A DNA stretch of 64,000 nt from Monocercomonoides exilis PA203. Its lineage: Eukaryota > Protista > Preaxostyla. Made by a program: the position numbers and the translations under genes. Under the pieces are notes generated by a model. It was not told the DNA's origin, did not search any database, and saw only the letters and a list, made by a program, of their open reading frames with translations. Where the stretch lies: assembly GCA_001643675.2 (NCBI GenBank), contig LSRY02000039.1, positions 372,001-436,000 of the forward strand, written 5' to 3'. This document shows, one piece after another, positions 12,340 to 24,165 of this stretch; position 1 is the first letter of the stretch, and every line of letters begins with the position of its first letter.

Positions 12340-13698
12340 AAGTGGATGAAAGCTTTCTTTTTGCTGACTTTTTGTAAGGGTAAGTGATAATTTTCTCTTC
12401 ATTTTAACTATTTTTTCTTTTTTCTTTTTTTCTTTTCTTTTTCTTTTTTTTTATTTTTTGTTCTGCGCAATTATTGAAATTTATGTTTTTTTAAATAATT
12501 CAAAAAAAAATTTTTTTTTGAACATGTTTTTAAAGATGAAAGTATTTCCTTCATTTGAACTGTTAGAATAAACAGTTTTTGAGTGCTGTGATACTCTCTA
12601 ATTTTCTACTGCTAAACATCTCACAATTATTACGTGATTTCTCTACAATTTCTAACTTTGTTGTGTTATTAACATATGTAAACAGTTTTTATTGTCAATC
12701 TCTTCAAAGATTTTGTTTTTAAAGCACCGAAAAAATGTGGAAAAATATTTATGTGTAATATTTTGTCATAAAATAGCATGGTTAGTGCATGAAATTGAAA
12801 TTATAATGGAAAATATTCTTATCGAGATAAACATAAATGCATTTTTAAGTATCTGATAAAAAAATGAAAGAAAAAGAAAAAGCTGACTTTCACCAGAAGG
12901 AAAATTTGGAATTAATAACGTCAAACTCATTGAGAGTTTATATTTTTTGGAAATATTTTAATGATCCAAAAAACTGCATCAAAAAAGAAAACGCAAAATA
13001 GAAGAGTTAACTTTTCTTGTACTATTTAAAAATAAATAAATAAACAGATTATTCTTATTAAAAACTTTTCGTCAAATAAAATATCATGTTTTATTTGGTT
13101 AAAGAAAGTATCTTTAAAAAAAAATCTACATATAAACATATGAACGAAACATCCAAACAAAAAATCGATAAAGACAAAAAGCCAACAAGAAAAGATGACA
13201 GTTAAATAAATGTGATACATATAAAAAAAGTTGTAATAATCGTCAAGCGTTGAATCATGCTTGATGATTTATTCTGAAAAATTCAAAAGCAAAGAAAAAA
13301 CTCAAATAGAAGTTAACCTCTCAAAAATACGATATTGAACTGTGGTTGGGCTCAAATATATTAAAGGTTCTTTATGTTGAAAAAAGTATCCAACGTAAAT
13401 TTATTTGCATTTCGTCTGATAGCAAAATACATAGATGAATAGTGAATTCAAAGCGAAGATATCCTCATCATTCACAATAAATATCAAATTCAAGTGCAAA
13501 TACAAACAAAAAAACATGAACAAAAAATATGAGAAATCGCACACACAAAACCTTATTAACAAAAAACACATACATATACAGACAAACAATTCTATGAACA
13601 GATTAAGGAAAAATAAAAATTATAATTAGTTACACACACAGCAAATTTTTGCTGCATTAACAGAATTTGGAGAATATTTCAAACATATTTCGTTTGTA

Positions 13699-16600
13699 TC
13701 ATTTATTGTTTTCTTTTTCGTTTGTTTTCTTTTCCTTTTCAGTTTGGGAACTTGACTCCACCATCTCATAGTCAATAGCATCTGATATTGTTATCATAGC
13801 AGCCCCGGCTGGAAAGCGCTGGATAAACTCCCTCTTCAGACACAAAAGAGTCGGCCTGACGTTCCCTTCTGCAGATAAGCATCCTTTCACAATCCCCACC
13901 ATCGAACTTTCCTTAGTTGCATGAATGTTCGGTCTCTCTCCATTCACAATTTTCTGTCCGGCAACTTCCACTTCGTATTCCCCAAATGGAATTTGCAGCG
14001 TTAAGCACTCCCACAGCATCATCCCAATCGAGAATGCCACTGACTCCTTTGTGGCCATCATCTTCTTGTTGATCAGCAGCTCTGGTGCCTTCCACCTCAG
14101 GCACTCTTTCTTGAAGTCATCCTCATCCTCAAAGGCAGATGAGGGCAGGGAATCATCATCATCATCATCATCACTGGCAGAAGTCACAACAGTTGATGAA
14201 GACACAGATGATGAGTCTGAATCATCATCAGACAATAAGTCTGAATGCATCACAATACAGATCACCATATGCTCTGAGAACAGTACAATGTGCGGACTCA
14301 GATTTGCCAAAGAAGATAATTCATTTTCCATTTCGTCAAATGAGTGGAGTGCAAGATTAGCCACCCAGAACAGGATCTGCGCAGCTGTCTGCTCTCTTTG
14401 TTGAAGAGTGCCTATTGCCATCTCCTTCTTCTTATTCCTTCCATGCAACAGCATGAACATCGAATCCCTCAAATCCACAATCAGTTTTTCGTGAGGCGAT
14501 GAACATGCCATCGCATCCACCAGATTCGACATGGATGAAGTGGTTGGGCACAGATCCTCTCCCCGAACAAAAGTGGATTCGGTGTCTGATGTGTCTGTGG
14601 TTGAAGTGGATGAAATTGATGGTGATGGTGTTCTCTTTCTCGTCTCCTCTTCCTCTTCTTCCTTTTCGTCAATCTTCTCCAGCATCCATTGAGGAATCTT
14701 GTCTGAGTCTCTTCCCAAAATGTATTCAGTGGAACCACTCTCACTCAGCAAATGCTCTGATGACTCTGAATGTCCCAAGCTTTTTTCATAAACTCTATTC
14801 TTTATCCTCTCTTCATTCTTCTTCTCAGCCTCCCTCTCAGCCCTCTTCCACTGCTCCTCAGGTGACATCTCCATCGTCACCATCTCAAATGCCTTCGGAT
14901 CCTTTCTGATGTTGTCATTTACAATCTCTCTCAGATCTTCTGCCTCATTCTTCACTTTTCTCCATCTAATTACAAACAAAATAAATCCAACCAAAGCAAC
15001 CAGAAATAGCACCGCAAATATTACAATCATAATCAATGCCCATGATGATTTTCCTTCTTTTCCTCCTTCAACCAAATTATCATTTCCAGTCTTCGATTCT
15101 GTTTTGTTCTTCAGAACAACAAGCTCAGTTGAAGATGGATTAATGGCATCCCCAAATAGAATGCAGCCGTACACATCTGCAGTGTCTGGCGCGTCTGTAA
15201 TCACAGCTGCTGGTATTTTGGCGATTGTGCTGTTCTCAGACACAAAGCCGTCTTCGTGGAAATCGTGCCTGTCGATCAGCTCCACATTGCCGATGGCTGT
15301 GATGATGCGGAAGGACAGATTGCAGGGGAGGAGCAGGGTTCCTGTGAAGGTCAGCACAGCTTCATTGCCTTCTATGTTTGTGTCGATCGCTTGGAGGGTT
15401 GGCATGAAAAACGGAGATAGCCTTTCAGCAGCCAGGCCAGACAGAGTGCATCCGTCACTGAGGATCCAAAGAGACGTATTGTCCTTTAATCCATCACCGC
15501 CTTTCAGGCTGACAACATCCAACAGCCCAGAATTGGTACAAATTATATTTCTTCTGGAGGAAGGATATTGATTGATTGAGGGATTGTTATTGTAAAACTC
15601 TCCCTTTTCAATTGACGCATTGCCACCAATAATGGATAGGCCTCCATTTGGTGATTTTGATATAAAAGACTCGTCAATGGAAATGGAGCTGTTTTCTGAG
15701 TCAATTAACGAGCCATTCCATTTGCAGATTTCATCTCTACTATTGAATTTGAATAAATTGTGAGAGCTGTTGTCGGATGCCTTTCCTTCAAACTGACATG
15801 ATTTGATATTCACTATCGAGCAGTTTGAGAGCACAACCATTTCCCCAAGCTTCATTTCACTTGAAAGACAATCAGAAAACGTGCAGTTTGACAAACTGAG
15901 TTGGTAATTCGGCAAGCGGCAATTGAGGCAAGAGGCCGAATCTGATGAAGTTATTTTGGTTAAATTGACAAGAGAGAGTTTGATGGAACATTCGTCAACT
16001 GTTTGATCTGATAGACAATCATGCTCCATCTCAATGAAAGAACCGCTCTGCACAACACAATCTGACGCTTCCACTTTCTCGATTGATCCATTCATCTTCT
16101 TCAGATATATTGAACTTATCGCAGTGTGTACTTTTTCCATCCAGAGCTGTTGTAGTTGAATCCTTCCTCCTTCACACTCAACGGTTCTTGTGCAATTCAG
16201 ATTCTTCATTTTTATTTCCTCCAAAATGAGCACTCCATATGCAGCAGAAATAAGTTTCGGAACAACTGGTGCTCTATCTGCTTCCCCGCAGAATTCACAC
16301 GAAACAAGTGAAACTTGCCCAGAAGTAATGAAAAATAGGGATGAATGCAGCAATGTGAAGTCAGCTGCCAGTTTGAAGCTCACACTTTCTATCAGAACAT
16401 TATCCTCAATGAAAATTACGTATTCGCGAGTCTTGCTCAGAGATTGTCCAAATGTCACGTTGACCTTCTCTCTTCCAAGTGATTTCACCTCCATCTTCGC
16501 AAAGTCGCACTCCCGCTCGATCTCACTGCATCCATCAATCAGTAGTCGTGCTGCATAATCAATTATCATATGCTCCAGCCCTTGTCCCACAGTCACGCAT

Positions 16601-19600
16601 GGATGATCCACTTTCCCGCATTGCCGTCCGTTTGTTCCGTTCTTCTCTGCCAAAGATGACACAATGATTGTGCTCTGCTGGTATATTGTCACAAACTCTA
16701 TCAGATCCACCGGAACATAATTTTCCTCGTCAATCCCGTAGATCGCGTCAAATCTGTTGTACACCTCCGGGCGCAGATCAAGCAAAAATTGAGTTTCATT
16801 GATTTGTTCTGCAATCTTCCAGCACTCCACAAACACATCTCTTCCTTTCCATGCACCATTCCCTCTGAATTCGCATCCTTTGAATATAAAATTCAGCGAC
16901 GCTTGTCCCTCAGCCTTCACATACACTCCGCCTCCTCTTCCAATTGTGGGGGAGCAGCCACAATTAGTAATTTTGCTGTTGTTCATTTCAAACCTCCCGC
17001 TGCTCCCCATCATCATCAGTATAACTCCTCCTTTTTCTGACATCTCCGATCGGCACGTGTCAAACTCTGATCCATTTATCTCCAGCGCCCACGAGCTCAT
17101 AAAACCGCTTCCAAATACGCTTGCTCCATTGAACGATGCAGTTACTCTTTTAAAAACACTCCCATTCATCTCAATTGTTGGCTGTTCATTCCTTTCTGAT
17201 GTACTTCCATCCACATATTGAATTATCCCTCCGTTGGCTGTCACATTCTCCATCGTGATGTCCTTCAACACGCAGCAGCATCCGCTCCAGATTTCAAATA
17301 GAACAGCCTCAAAAACTAAGCTACACATATTGAAACCACAAATTTCCAATGATCCGCTCTTAATTGTTGCAAATATCATGTCAGAGAAGTGTGCTGAATT
17401 GGACGAACTTAGAGAACAGTCTGATATTGACAAAGCTCCGCTTTTGCTGCACATGGCAGTGCATGCGGTATCTGCCAGCGTTGAGTCAAGAAATATATCA
17501 ATAGATGTGAATGACAAACTCCAAGAATTTGAGAAGTATCCTTCTGCAATCTCTTCGAGATTTGGCTTCTTCAGGATAAGTTTGGCCTTTTCTAATTCTT
17601 CTAAGTCTGTTTGAACGGCTGCAATAGAAAAGTTTGATAGCTCAAAGGCGTTTTCCAAAATTGACGAATGTTCAATAAACAATTCTTTCATTTCTGCATT
17701 CGTGTCTATTTGCTTCATGCCTTTCCAGAATGTTTCACATGGATCTTCTTTCTTCCCGCATCGCTTCACATCGCTTCCACTTCTTGACACATAAATCATA
17801 CTCGAACTGTGCTTGATCAAAAACCTCAGCAAGTCAGTATTTTCAAACTTGCTATCTGTCCCAGCAAACGCATTTCCATCATCCGCAAACTGCAAATAAT
17901 TAAAGCAAAATGTTGTATTTGTTACAGATTCGTTAAGTTCCTCCGCTCTAATAAAAAGATTCGATCCAACAAACGCTCTGTTATCCAAAAATGCTGCGTC
18001 CTTCAGTGTAAATGGCTGGATACTGCTTGCTGAAAGGCTGTCAATAAACATAAAGCCGCCAAATCCAGAGGCTTCTGAACAAGCACATGATGTCATTTCA
18101 CATTTCTGCAAAGAAAGTGTCTGAGTTGATGCAATATAGCACCTAACAGCACCTCCTTCTAAGTTATTTGGAGTTTCTATTCCGCTGAACGAACATTCTG
18201 CAGCAGAAAACGATGACTTTATCAAAAATGGTACAGCAGCAAAGCTCTTCGCATCCACAATGCACAAACTCAGGTGTACAAATCCTCCAACAGAATGAAT
18301 CAGATAATACTGGCATTCAACATTTGAACTTGAAGGATGAGCAACAGCAGCAGAAGAAGAATCAAAAGCGAAGGAACAGTTATTAATAGAAAGACCTTTT
18401 TCTGAAGAAGGCGTCGACAAAAGCAGCCCAGCTTGCCCAGAACTGAAGAAAGATGGAAGAGAGAAAACGATACCCTCAAAATCCAAGTTATCACAACTCA
18501 CAAAAACAGCTTTAGCAAAGTTCTCAGAAATTGATGAAGAAATGGAGAGCGTGCTTTTTTTACTAATGTCAGGTGAAGCAATCGAAAACGATGATAAATC
18601 ATACAAATGGTCTACACGCGCTCCTTCAGAAATCCATATCCTCTTTTGAAAAGCATCCACCTGGACGTTCTGAAAGCCTCTCCAAAATGAGCTACAAGGA
18701 TAATGTTCGTTTCCGCATCCAATCATATCGTATCCACTTGGGGACATTTGCACAGATGGTGAATGATATTGAACCAAAAACAAATAAAGATCATGCGCAG
18801 ACTCACAGAAATAATTCCGATCATATCCCATCATCTCAGCCACCCTCTCTCCTGTCTCGTTTATCAGCTTCATCTGAAAAGTGGTTGTGGTAACTGTCAC
18901 ATTCAGATTGTCGCAAACCAAAAACATATCCTTTCCAAGCTCTGCTGAATTGCTCCTGAATGAAATATCTCCAAAGAGGCAATCGCTACTCGTTCCTTCT
19001 GGTAGCAAAAGATAAACTCCTCCACCTTTTCCAGTGTTTTCATTCATTCCGCTGTTCGTGATGCTCGCATTCGTCGCTGAAAATCGTCCAGTTACGGTGA
19101 GGCTGCACCTCACAGTTCCTCCTTCACTTGCCCCTGACTTGCAGTTGTCGAAAATGCATCCATCAGCAACCTCAACTTTTTCGCAATTTGCAACATTCAC
19201 CAGAGAGTTATCTGCCTTTACAAACGTCAATTCGGAGCTTTCAATTTGCACACTCCCTCCGCTCAAAGAGATTATCCCGCTACCACCAGAAAACGCAACG
19301 TTGCTGAGTAGCACTTTCGTCACTTGAATGTATCCCTCTTTCCCTCTGATGATCCACATGTTTGTCTGTTCTTCCTCCACAGATGTTCCATCGAGCTGGC
19401 AGTTATCGATATACAGCTTTCCTCCATCAACTGATATCAATTCTCCAACGCTTGATGCTAATGGCAAACTGAACTTCAAGAACGAGAGCATCAGCGATAC
19501 AGAGCTTGTCTCCATTTTCAAAACAAGTCCTCCATCTGCTTCAACCAAAAACAAGGATTTGCTCGTCGAAGACTGCCCGCGTATCGTCAGAGAAAATCCA

Positions 19601-22600
19601 TTTCGATCCAAAATCTCTCTCAAACAGCACGAGTCAACAACGCGGATCGTTGTCTGATCCTGTCTCATCTTATTGAATCCAAACATTAGGTCCATGCACG
19701 GTTCTTGATCATCTCCACATCTCCCATCACTGCTTCCTCCACTCGAAATGAACACTGTATTTAGAATCGGAGGAAACAGATAATAAAGCACTGAACGATT
19801 AATTACAGCATTTGTCTCAGAATCCACCACCCATTTGTTCGCTTCTTCCTCGTCTTCAAATGCAGATCCTTCCCACTGCTGGTTCGTGATAGCATCCCGT
19901 GGTGAAGGGCACACAAGAAATACATCCTTTCCCCACCAAGCTTTGTTTCCCTCAAACAAGATCTGCTTCATTGCATATTTCACCCCACTTTCCCCGAGCT
20001 TCAAATAAATCCCCCCTCCAACTCCAACATTTTCATTCACGCAACATCCTTTCACAGTGTTATTCAACATTATTAACGTCCCACCATTTTCCACATCCAT
20101 ATTCAATCCTCCACCGAATGCATTCTCTGTCTCTTTGCAAACACATTGCTCCAATGTGCAATTCCACACGTTCATGGTTTTCCCTCCCTTTATCGCTCCC
20201 TCAACTACTCCTCCGTTCCCATGATTTCTCTGTATGCTTTTGAGAGTCGTACTGTTCATGTTAATTGTTGCTGAATCGATAACCTCAATAAAGCTGCTTT
20301 CTTCTTGATTCATTTCGTTAACATGCGAATTCCTTATTTCCAGCGATGCTCCGTTGCACACTTTAATTACCGCATTCACAGACTGCGTTGCAATGCTCAT
20401 CCAATCCATGTTTTCGCAGATGCAGCTCGCCTCGATTCCTTCGATCACAAACACTGAACGAGTGCTGAATGTCAATCCGTTCAGTGCAAACCTTTTGAAG
20501 TTTATGCAGCCTTTCGATACAATGCCAATTGATATGCCAATTGGATTCGACTCGGAGGCAAAAGAACAATCTGTCAATGTTAAATTCTTCTCGTAGCAGT
20601 GGAAGGCAGATTCCCAATTAACAGCAAATGATGAAGGAAGCAAAAAGCACATCCCACTAAACGAGCAGTCTTTGCTTGTTCTGATGATGCTCTCACCTGT
20701 GCTGCTAATATCTTCAGAAATTCTAACTTGAGTGCCTATCTGCTCCACCATAAATGTGGTTGGTTGTTGATCAATTACAAGTGCTCGTTCAAATGCAAAC
20801 GGTGGAAGAAGATAAAACTGCCGTTCTCTGTTTCCAAACCGAAGCGGAATCGCAAACTCGATGGAAGCGCATGCGCTATCCGAAAAACCACAGCCAGAGT
20901 AATCATGACCATCACTTCCAGCAACATATGCAGTTCCATTAAATGTTCTAAGATATGTGAATAAAGGAATAGAAAACGACTCTGCAGTTGTTGATCGTTC
21001 GAATCCTTCCATTGCACGAAAGTCTGATTCGTTGAAGTCAATTTCAAAATTTTCCTTCGTAACAATTTGCGATAGATTATATCCGTCCACAAAAATGTTG
21101 TTTCCTTTTGAAGCAGAACATTCAGAAAAAGTTGTTCCCTTAAGTCCAAGATCTGCTTCATTGATATCCTCAACATACAAATAAATACCCCCTCCCAATC
21201 CTCCGCTTCCTCCCACTTTTTGAGATGTGCATGAAATAAATGAAGTTTCAACTGCCCCGTTCTCGGTCTGAATTATCTTAATCGAAGAGTCGGCCTTCAT
21301 TCTCAGTGCCATTCCCCCACCGTTTCCACTGCCTGTGACACATCCATTCATCGATCCTCCTTTAATTTGGCTGCTTTTCCCTGTACCAACAACACCTTCG
21401 ATTCCTCCTCCGCTCCCACTTTGCCTCAGCACATTCAAAAATGTCGAGTTATCGATCACTAAATCGCATCCTTCTGAGAAAGTGATAGCTGCTTTTGAGG
21501 CAAAGACGATAGGATTAATGGTTGTCCCCTCAATATTTGCATTCCCTCCTCTCAGCACAAAAAGTGATTCCTCAAGAAGGTCTTCTTCCGTATTTCCAGA
21601 GTCAACAGAAATATTGCAATTTTGTAAAATCATTGTTCCTGTCGAAGAGAGAAAAAAAAGAGAAGTTGTCTTCGATGATTTTTCTGTGTCGTGGACAATG
21701 TCGAAAGATGAGATTTTCAGAGATCCTGTAGACACAGCAAACAAAGCGCCAGAAGATATCGATGAAACGACTGTGACCTTACCATTTCCAGCATTATTAA
21801 ATTCAATTCTTGCTGATTCGATTTCGTAATTGTTCACAGAATACGATGAGGGGTCAACTGAAATAACTGTAGGAGAGTTTTTTGTAAGATCAATGACATT
21901 TCTTGTGAAAGATATTGTCTTGCACTTTCTCTGATTCAATCCGCACGCAAACTGGTCGATTCCTTCTTCGTAATTCACTTTTATTTCTTCAAAATATCCG
22001 AGTTTCATCCATCCGCTCACATCGCTCGTGCCATTCATGATTCTATGTGCTTTGTCTGTCATTGTCCGACATTCAACAAAGCATTCGAATGCAAATACAT
22101 TGGTCCAATTTTGGAGAATTCCAACGTCGTGTGCTCCAAGCGTTGCTGTGTTGTTGTCAAAGAAACAGAATTTGATAGATGCTGAATCAAATGAATGATC
22201 TCCACCATCACTTGAAAAGAGAACTGCACCTCCTTTCTGATTGCTTTGACAATTTGAAAATTCACAATCAGACAAAGTAGTTGGGCCTGCGCTACCGATC
22301 CATATAGCACCCCCTCCATATTTGTCATATGAAGCCGTTTCCGAACAATTATGAAATGAACACTGAATTATTTTGGTGGGAGATCTATTATTTACGTGCA
22401 ATGCCCCTCCGTCACGAACGGTAGTTGAATTGTGAAATATGCATTTTGTTATTAAGCTATTGGATATTGTGTCATAGGAAATTGAACCACCGCAGGCCCA
22501 GGGCTCGTAACAATTATGAAAATCTGATTCAGCAACTGAAAAATTCATAACTCTCACTATCTTTATTGCTTTACAAGTACAGTTTGCAAATAAGCATTTA

Positions 22601-23568
22601 TCAATTGTGACATTTGTTGAATTTAATATGTCAAGTGCAATAGCCCCAGTAACCGTAAATAAGCAATCTTCAAATAGAATTGTGTCATTTGCTGTAAAAT
22701 TCTGTGCTTGCGAAAAAGAATGTGCAAATCCTGCTTCATAATAATGGGAAAATGTGCAATTTTGAGCAGTAAATCCGTCCGTTGAATGTATTCCATCCGT
22801 TAATCCACCGTCAAACGGAGCTGTAACCTCATTGAAAATGCAATTATGCATCTTCGTAAAACTTGGAGAAGAAATAAAATGGTTATCGCTTTCAACGCAA
22901 GATGAAACATTTTGAAAATCGCATGAATCCATTGAAACACGTTGCCCCAAAAAATTGCCAAGAAGAGGAGAAAAGGATGAAAACAAAAAAGACGAAAACG
23001 AAGATTGAGCCACAAAAATCAAGTTATGAAAAAGTTCGGCAGAAGGACAAGAAGAATGATGCGATGTCATAAAAGTTGGAGCAAGACGAAGTCCTAATGA
23101 AAATTCGAGACTTATATTTCTCAGCTGTAAGCTTCCACTAGTAGAACTAAACAACGATTCTTGTCCTTTTCCTGAAGGAATTATAACGGATGAAACAATA
23201 GAAAGAATGGAGTCTATGTGTGTAATAGCTATCGCTTTTGCTGTGGATGCTCTGATCTCGAGATATTTCAGTTCAATCGAAGAATTGCTTATATTAAACA
23301 GCGAACGAAGTTCTGAGTGTCCACCAGGGGAGATGCCATTATAAAATGAGGGAGCAACATGTGCGCATTTGTTCAATTTTTCTGGCTGTAACTGCGCTTT
23401 GCTAAATGACAATTCCTGCAAAGTCTTTAAACATCTCAATTCATCCGTTTCATCTAGTTTTTCATGAATTGATCCGAGTGCCAAATAAAATGGAAGCAGT
23501 CCAACAACTAAAAACCAGGAAATTTGCACCTTTTTGGCGGTAAAAAGCGAATTATCTTTTGAGGGCAT
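13699..23568 (-). CDS. 3289-aa single-pass surface protein: parallel beta-helix/Pmp-like repeat ectodomain plus cytosolic degenerate kinase-like domain
   Basis: Uninterrupted ORF with an N-terminal hydrophobic segment, GGAL/GGAI/GGGIY and FxxN/C motifs, six G-x-[DN]-x(2-3)-CG-x5-C modules, a TM segment (WALIMIVIFAVLFLVALVGFILFVI) and kinase C-lobe motifs RWKAPELL, FSIGMMLWECLT, IPF and RP. Confidence 0.88.
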   Translation of the reverse strand: MPSKDNSLFTAKKVQISWFLVVGLLPFYLALGSIHEKLDETDELRCLKTLQELSFSKAQLQPEKLNKCAHVAPSFYNGISPGGHSELRSLFNISNSSIELKYLEIRASTAKAIAITHIDSILSIVSSVIIPSGKGQESLFSSTSGSLQLRNISLEFSLGLRLAPTFMTSHHSSCPSAELFHNLIFVAQSSFSSFLFSSFSPLLGNFLGQRVSMDSCDFQNVSSCVESDNHFISSPSFTKMHNCIFNEVTAPFDGGLTDGIHSTDGFTAQNCTFSHYYEAGFAHSFSQAQNFTANDTILFEDCLFTVTGAIALDILNSTNVTIDKCLFANCTCKAIKIVRVMNFSVAESDFHNCYEPWACGGSISYDTISNSLITKCIFHNSTTVRDGGALHVNNRSPTKIIQCSFHNCSETASYDKYGGGAIWIGSAGPTTLSDCEFSNCQSNQKGGAVLFSSDGGDHSFDSASIKFCFFDNNTATLGAHDVGILQNWTNVFAFECFVECRTMTDKAHRIMNGTSDVSGWMKLGYFEEIKVNYEEGIDQFACGLNQRKCKTISFTRNVIDLTKNSPTVISVDPSSYSVNNYEIESARIEFNNAGNGKVTVVSSISSGALFAVSTGSLKISSFDIVHDTEKSSKTTSLFFLSSTGTMILQNCNISVDSGNTEEDLLEESLFVLRGGNANIEGTTINPIVFASKAAITFSEGCDLVIDNSTFLNVLRQSGSGGGIEGVVGTGKSSQIKGGSMNGCVTGSGNGGGMALRMKADSSIKIIQTENGAVETSFISCTSQKVGGSGGLGGGIYLYVEDINEADLGLKGTTFSECSASKGNNIFVDGYNLSQIVTKENFEIDFNESDFRAMEGFERSTTAESFSIPLFTYLRTFNGTAYVAGSDGHDYSGCGFSDSACASIEFAIPLRFGNRERQFYLLPPFAFERALVIDQQPTTFMVEQIGTQVRISEDISSTGESIIRTSKDCSFSGMCFLLPSSFAVNWESAFHCYEKNLTLTDCSFASESNPIGISIGIVSKGCINFKRFALNGLTFSTRSVFVIEGIEASCICENMDWMSIATQSVNAVIKVCNGASLEIRNSHVNEMNQEESSFIEVIDSATINMNSTTLKSIQRNHGNGGVVEGAIKGGKTMNVWNCTLEQCVCKETENAFGGGLNMDVENGGTLIMLNNTVKGCCVNENVGVGGGIYLKLGESGVKYAMKQILFEGNKAWWGKDVFLVCPSPRDAITNQQWEGSAFEDEEEANKWVVDSETNAVINRSVLYYLFPPILNTVFISSGGSSDGRCGDDQEPCMDLMFGFNKMRQDQTTIRVVDSCCLREILDRNGFSLTIRGQSSTSKSLFLVEADGGLVLKMETSSVSLMLSFLKFSLPLASSVGELISVDGGKLYIDNCQLDGTSVEEEQTNMWIIRGKEGYIQVTKVLLSNVAFSGGSGIISLSGGSVQIESSELTFVKADNSLVNVANCEKVEVADGCIFDNCKSGASEGGTVRCSLTVTGRFSATNASITNSGMNENTGKGGGVYLLLPEGTSSDCLFGDISFRSNSAELGKDMFLVCDNLNVTVTTTTFQMKLINETGERVAEMMGYDRNYFCESAHDLYLFLVQYHSPSVQMSPSGYDMIGCGNEHYPCSSFWRGFQNVQVDAFQKRIWISEGARVDHLYDLSSFSIASPDISKKSTLSISSSISENFAKAVFVSCDNLDFEGIVFSLPSFFSSGQAGLLLSTPSSEKGLSINNCSFAFDSSSAAVAHPSSSNVECQYYLIHSVGGFVHLSLCIVDAKSFAAVPFLIKSSFSAAECSFSGIETPNNLEGGAVRCYIASTQTLSLQKCEMTSCACSEASGFGGFMFIDSLSASSIQPFTLKDAAFLDNRAFVGSNLFIRAEELNESVTNTTFCFNYLQFADDGNAFAGTDSKFENTDLLRFLIKHSSSMIYVSRSGSDVKRCGKKEDPCETFWKGMKQIDTNAEMKELFIEHSSILENAFELSNFSIAAVQTDLEELEKAKLILKKPNLEEIAEGYFSNSWSLSFTSIDIFLDSTLADTACTAMCSKSGALSISDCSLSSSNSAHFSDMIFATIKSGSLEICGFNMCSLVFEAVLFEIWSGCCCVLKDITMENVTANGGIIQYVDGSTSERNEQPTIEMNGSVFKRVTASFNGASVFGSGFMSSWALEINGSEFDTCRSEMSEKGGVILMMMGSSGRFEMNNSKITNCGCSPTIGRGGGVYVKAEGQASLNFIFKGCEFRGNGAWKGRDVFVECWKIAEQINETQFLLDLRPEVYNRFDAIYGIDEENYVPVDLIEFVTIYQQSTIIVSSLAEKNGTNGRQCGKVDHPCVTVGQGLEHMIIDYAARLLIDGCSEIERECDFAKMEVKSLGREKVNVTFGQSLSKTREYVIFIEDNVLIESVSFKLAADFTLLHSSLFFITSGQVSLVSCEFCGEADRAPVVPKLISAAYGVLILEEIKMKNLNCTRTVECEGGRIQLQQLWMEKVHTAISSIYLKKMNGSIEKVEASDCVVQSGSFIEMEHDCLSDQTVDECSIKLSLVNLTKITSSDSASCLNCRLPNYQLSLSNCTFSDCLSSEMKLGEMVVLSNCSIVNIKSCQFEGKASDNSSHNLFKFNSRDEICKWNGSLIDSENSSISIDESFISKSPNGGLSIIGGNASIEKGEFYNNNPSINQYPSSRRNIICTNSGLLDVVSLKGGDGLKDNTSLWILSDGCTLSGLAAERLSPFFMPTLQAIDTNIEGNEAVLTFTGTLLLPCNLSFRIITAIGNVELIDRHDFHEDGFVSENSTIAKIPAAVITDAPDTADVYGCILFGDAINPSSTELVVLKNKTESKTGNDNLVEGGKEGKSSWALIMIVIFAVLFLVALVGFILFVIRWRKVKNEAEDLREIVNDNIRKDPKAFEMVTMEMSPEEQWKRAEREAEKKNEERIKNRVYEKSLGHSESSEHLLSESGSTEYILGRDSDKIPQWMLEKIDEKEEEEEETRKRTPSPSISSTSTTDTSDTESTFVRGEDLCPTTSSMSNLVDAMACSSPHEKLIVDLRDSMFMLLHGRNKKKEMAIGTLQQREQTAAQILFWVANLALHSFDEMENELSSLANLSPHIVLFSEHMVICIVMHSDLLSDDDSDSSSVSSSTVVTSASDDDDDDDSLPSSAFEDEDDFKKECLRWKAPELLINKKMMATKESVAFSIGMMLWECLTLQIPFGEYEVEVAGQKIVNGERPNIHATKESSMVGIVKGCLSAEGNVRPTLLCLKREFIQRFPAGAAMITISDAIDYEMVESSSQTEKEKKTNEKENNK

Positions 23569-24165
23569 TATATTAATAATATGTTATGGTTATTTGAAAA
23601 CAACAATTATTTTCCGAATTTGTTTTCAATTAAAAAAGAATTAATTATTTCAACAACATATTCATGTGAACACTTTTTTAAAAATGGATCACATTGTTCA
23701 TATTTCACTTTTTTCTTCAGTTCTCTCAGCTTTCCACAATTCTTAAAAAAAAATGTGTATATTATCGCAAGTTCATCAATTCAAAATATATTTGTATCTA
23801 TCAAAAGCAAATTGATTTGACGATTTATTAATATCATCATATAGATTTTTATCTGCTCCACGTGGAGGAAATACGGACTTTCAAGCATTTTTGCCCAAAT
23901 CATAAAATGGTTGCTTCACACATAACTTTATCAGATTTTCTCAGATTTCAAAATAAATTGGATATTCATATCTGTAAAATGACTTCGTTTATATTATTCC
24001 ACTTTGTTATGTGACATCACACGTATGTCAAAAAAGGCACTTTTTATTGTTTGGTGAAAAACCCGTTCATGTGTAAAAACCTTCACATTTGACATTTCAT
24101 TTCGAAATGCTCATCCACATTCATTTGTGAAAAAAGATTTCAGAATAAAAACGTTGCAAGTGACT

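Noticed and set aside
12400-13690. Short F/I/K-rich ORFs in the AT-rich spacer
   Set aside because: They are compositional artefacts with no splice-consistent gene model.
23856-23867. 12-bp palindrome CTCCACGTGGAG (E-box core) upstream of the receptor gene
   Set aside because: A single short palindrome is expected by chance in 64 kb and has no supporting evidence.
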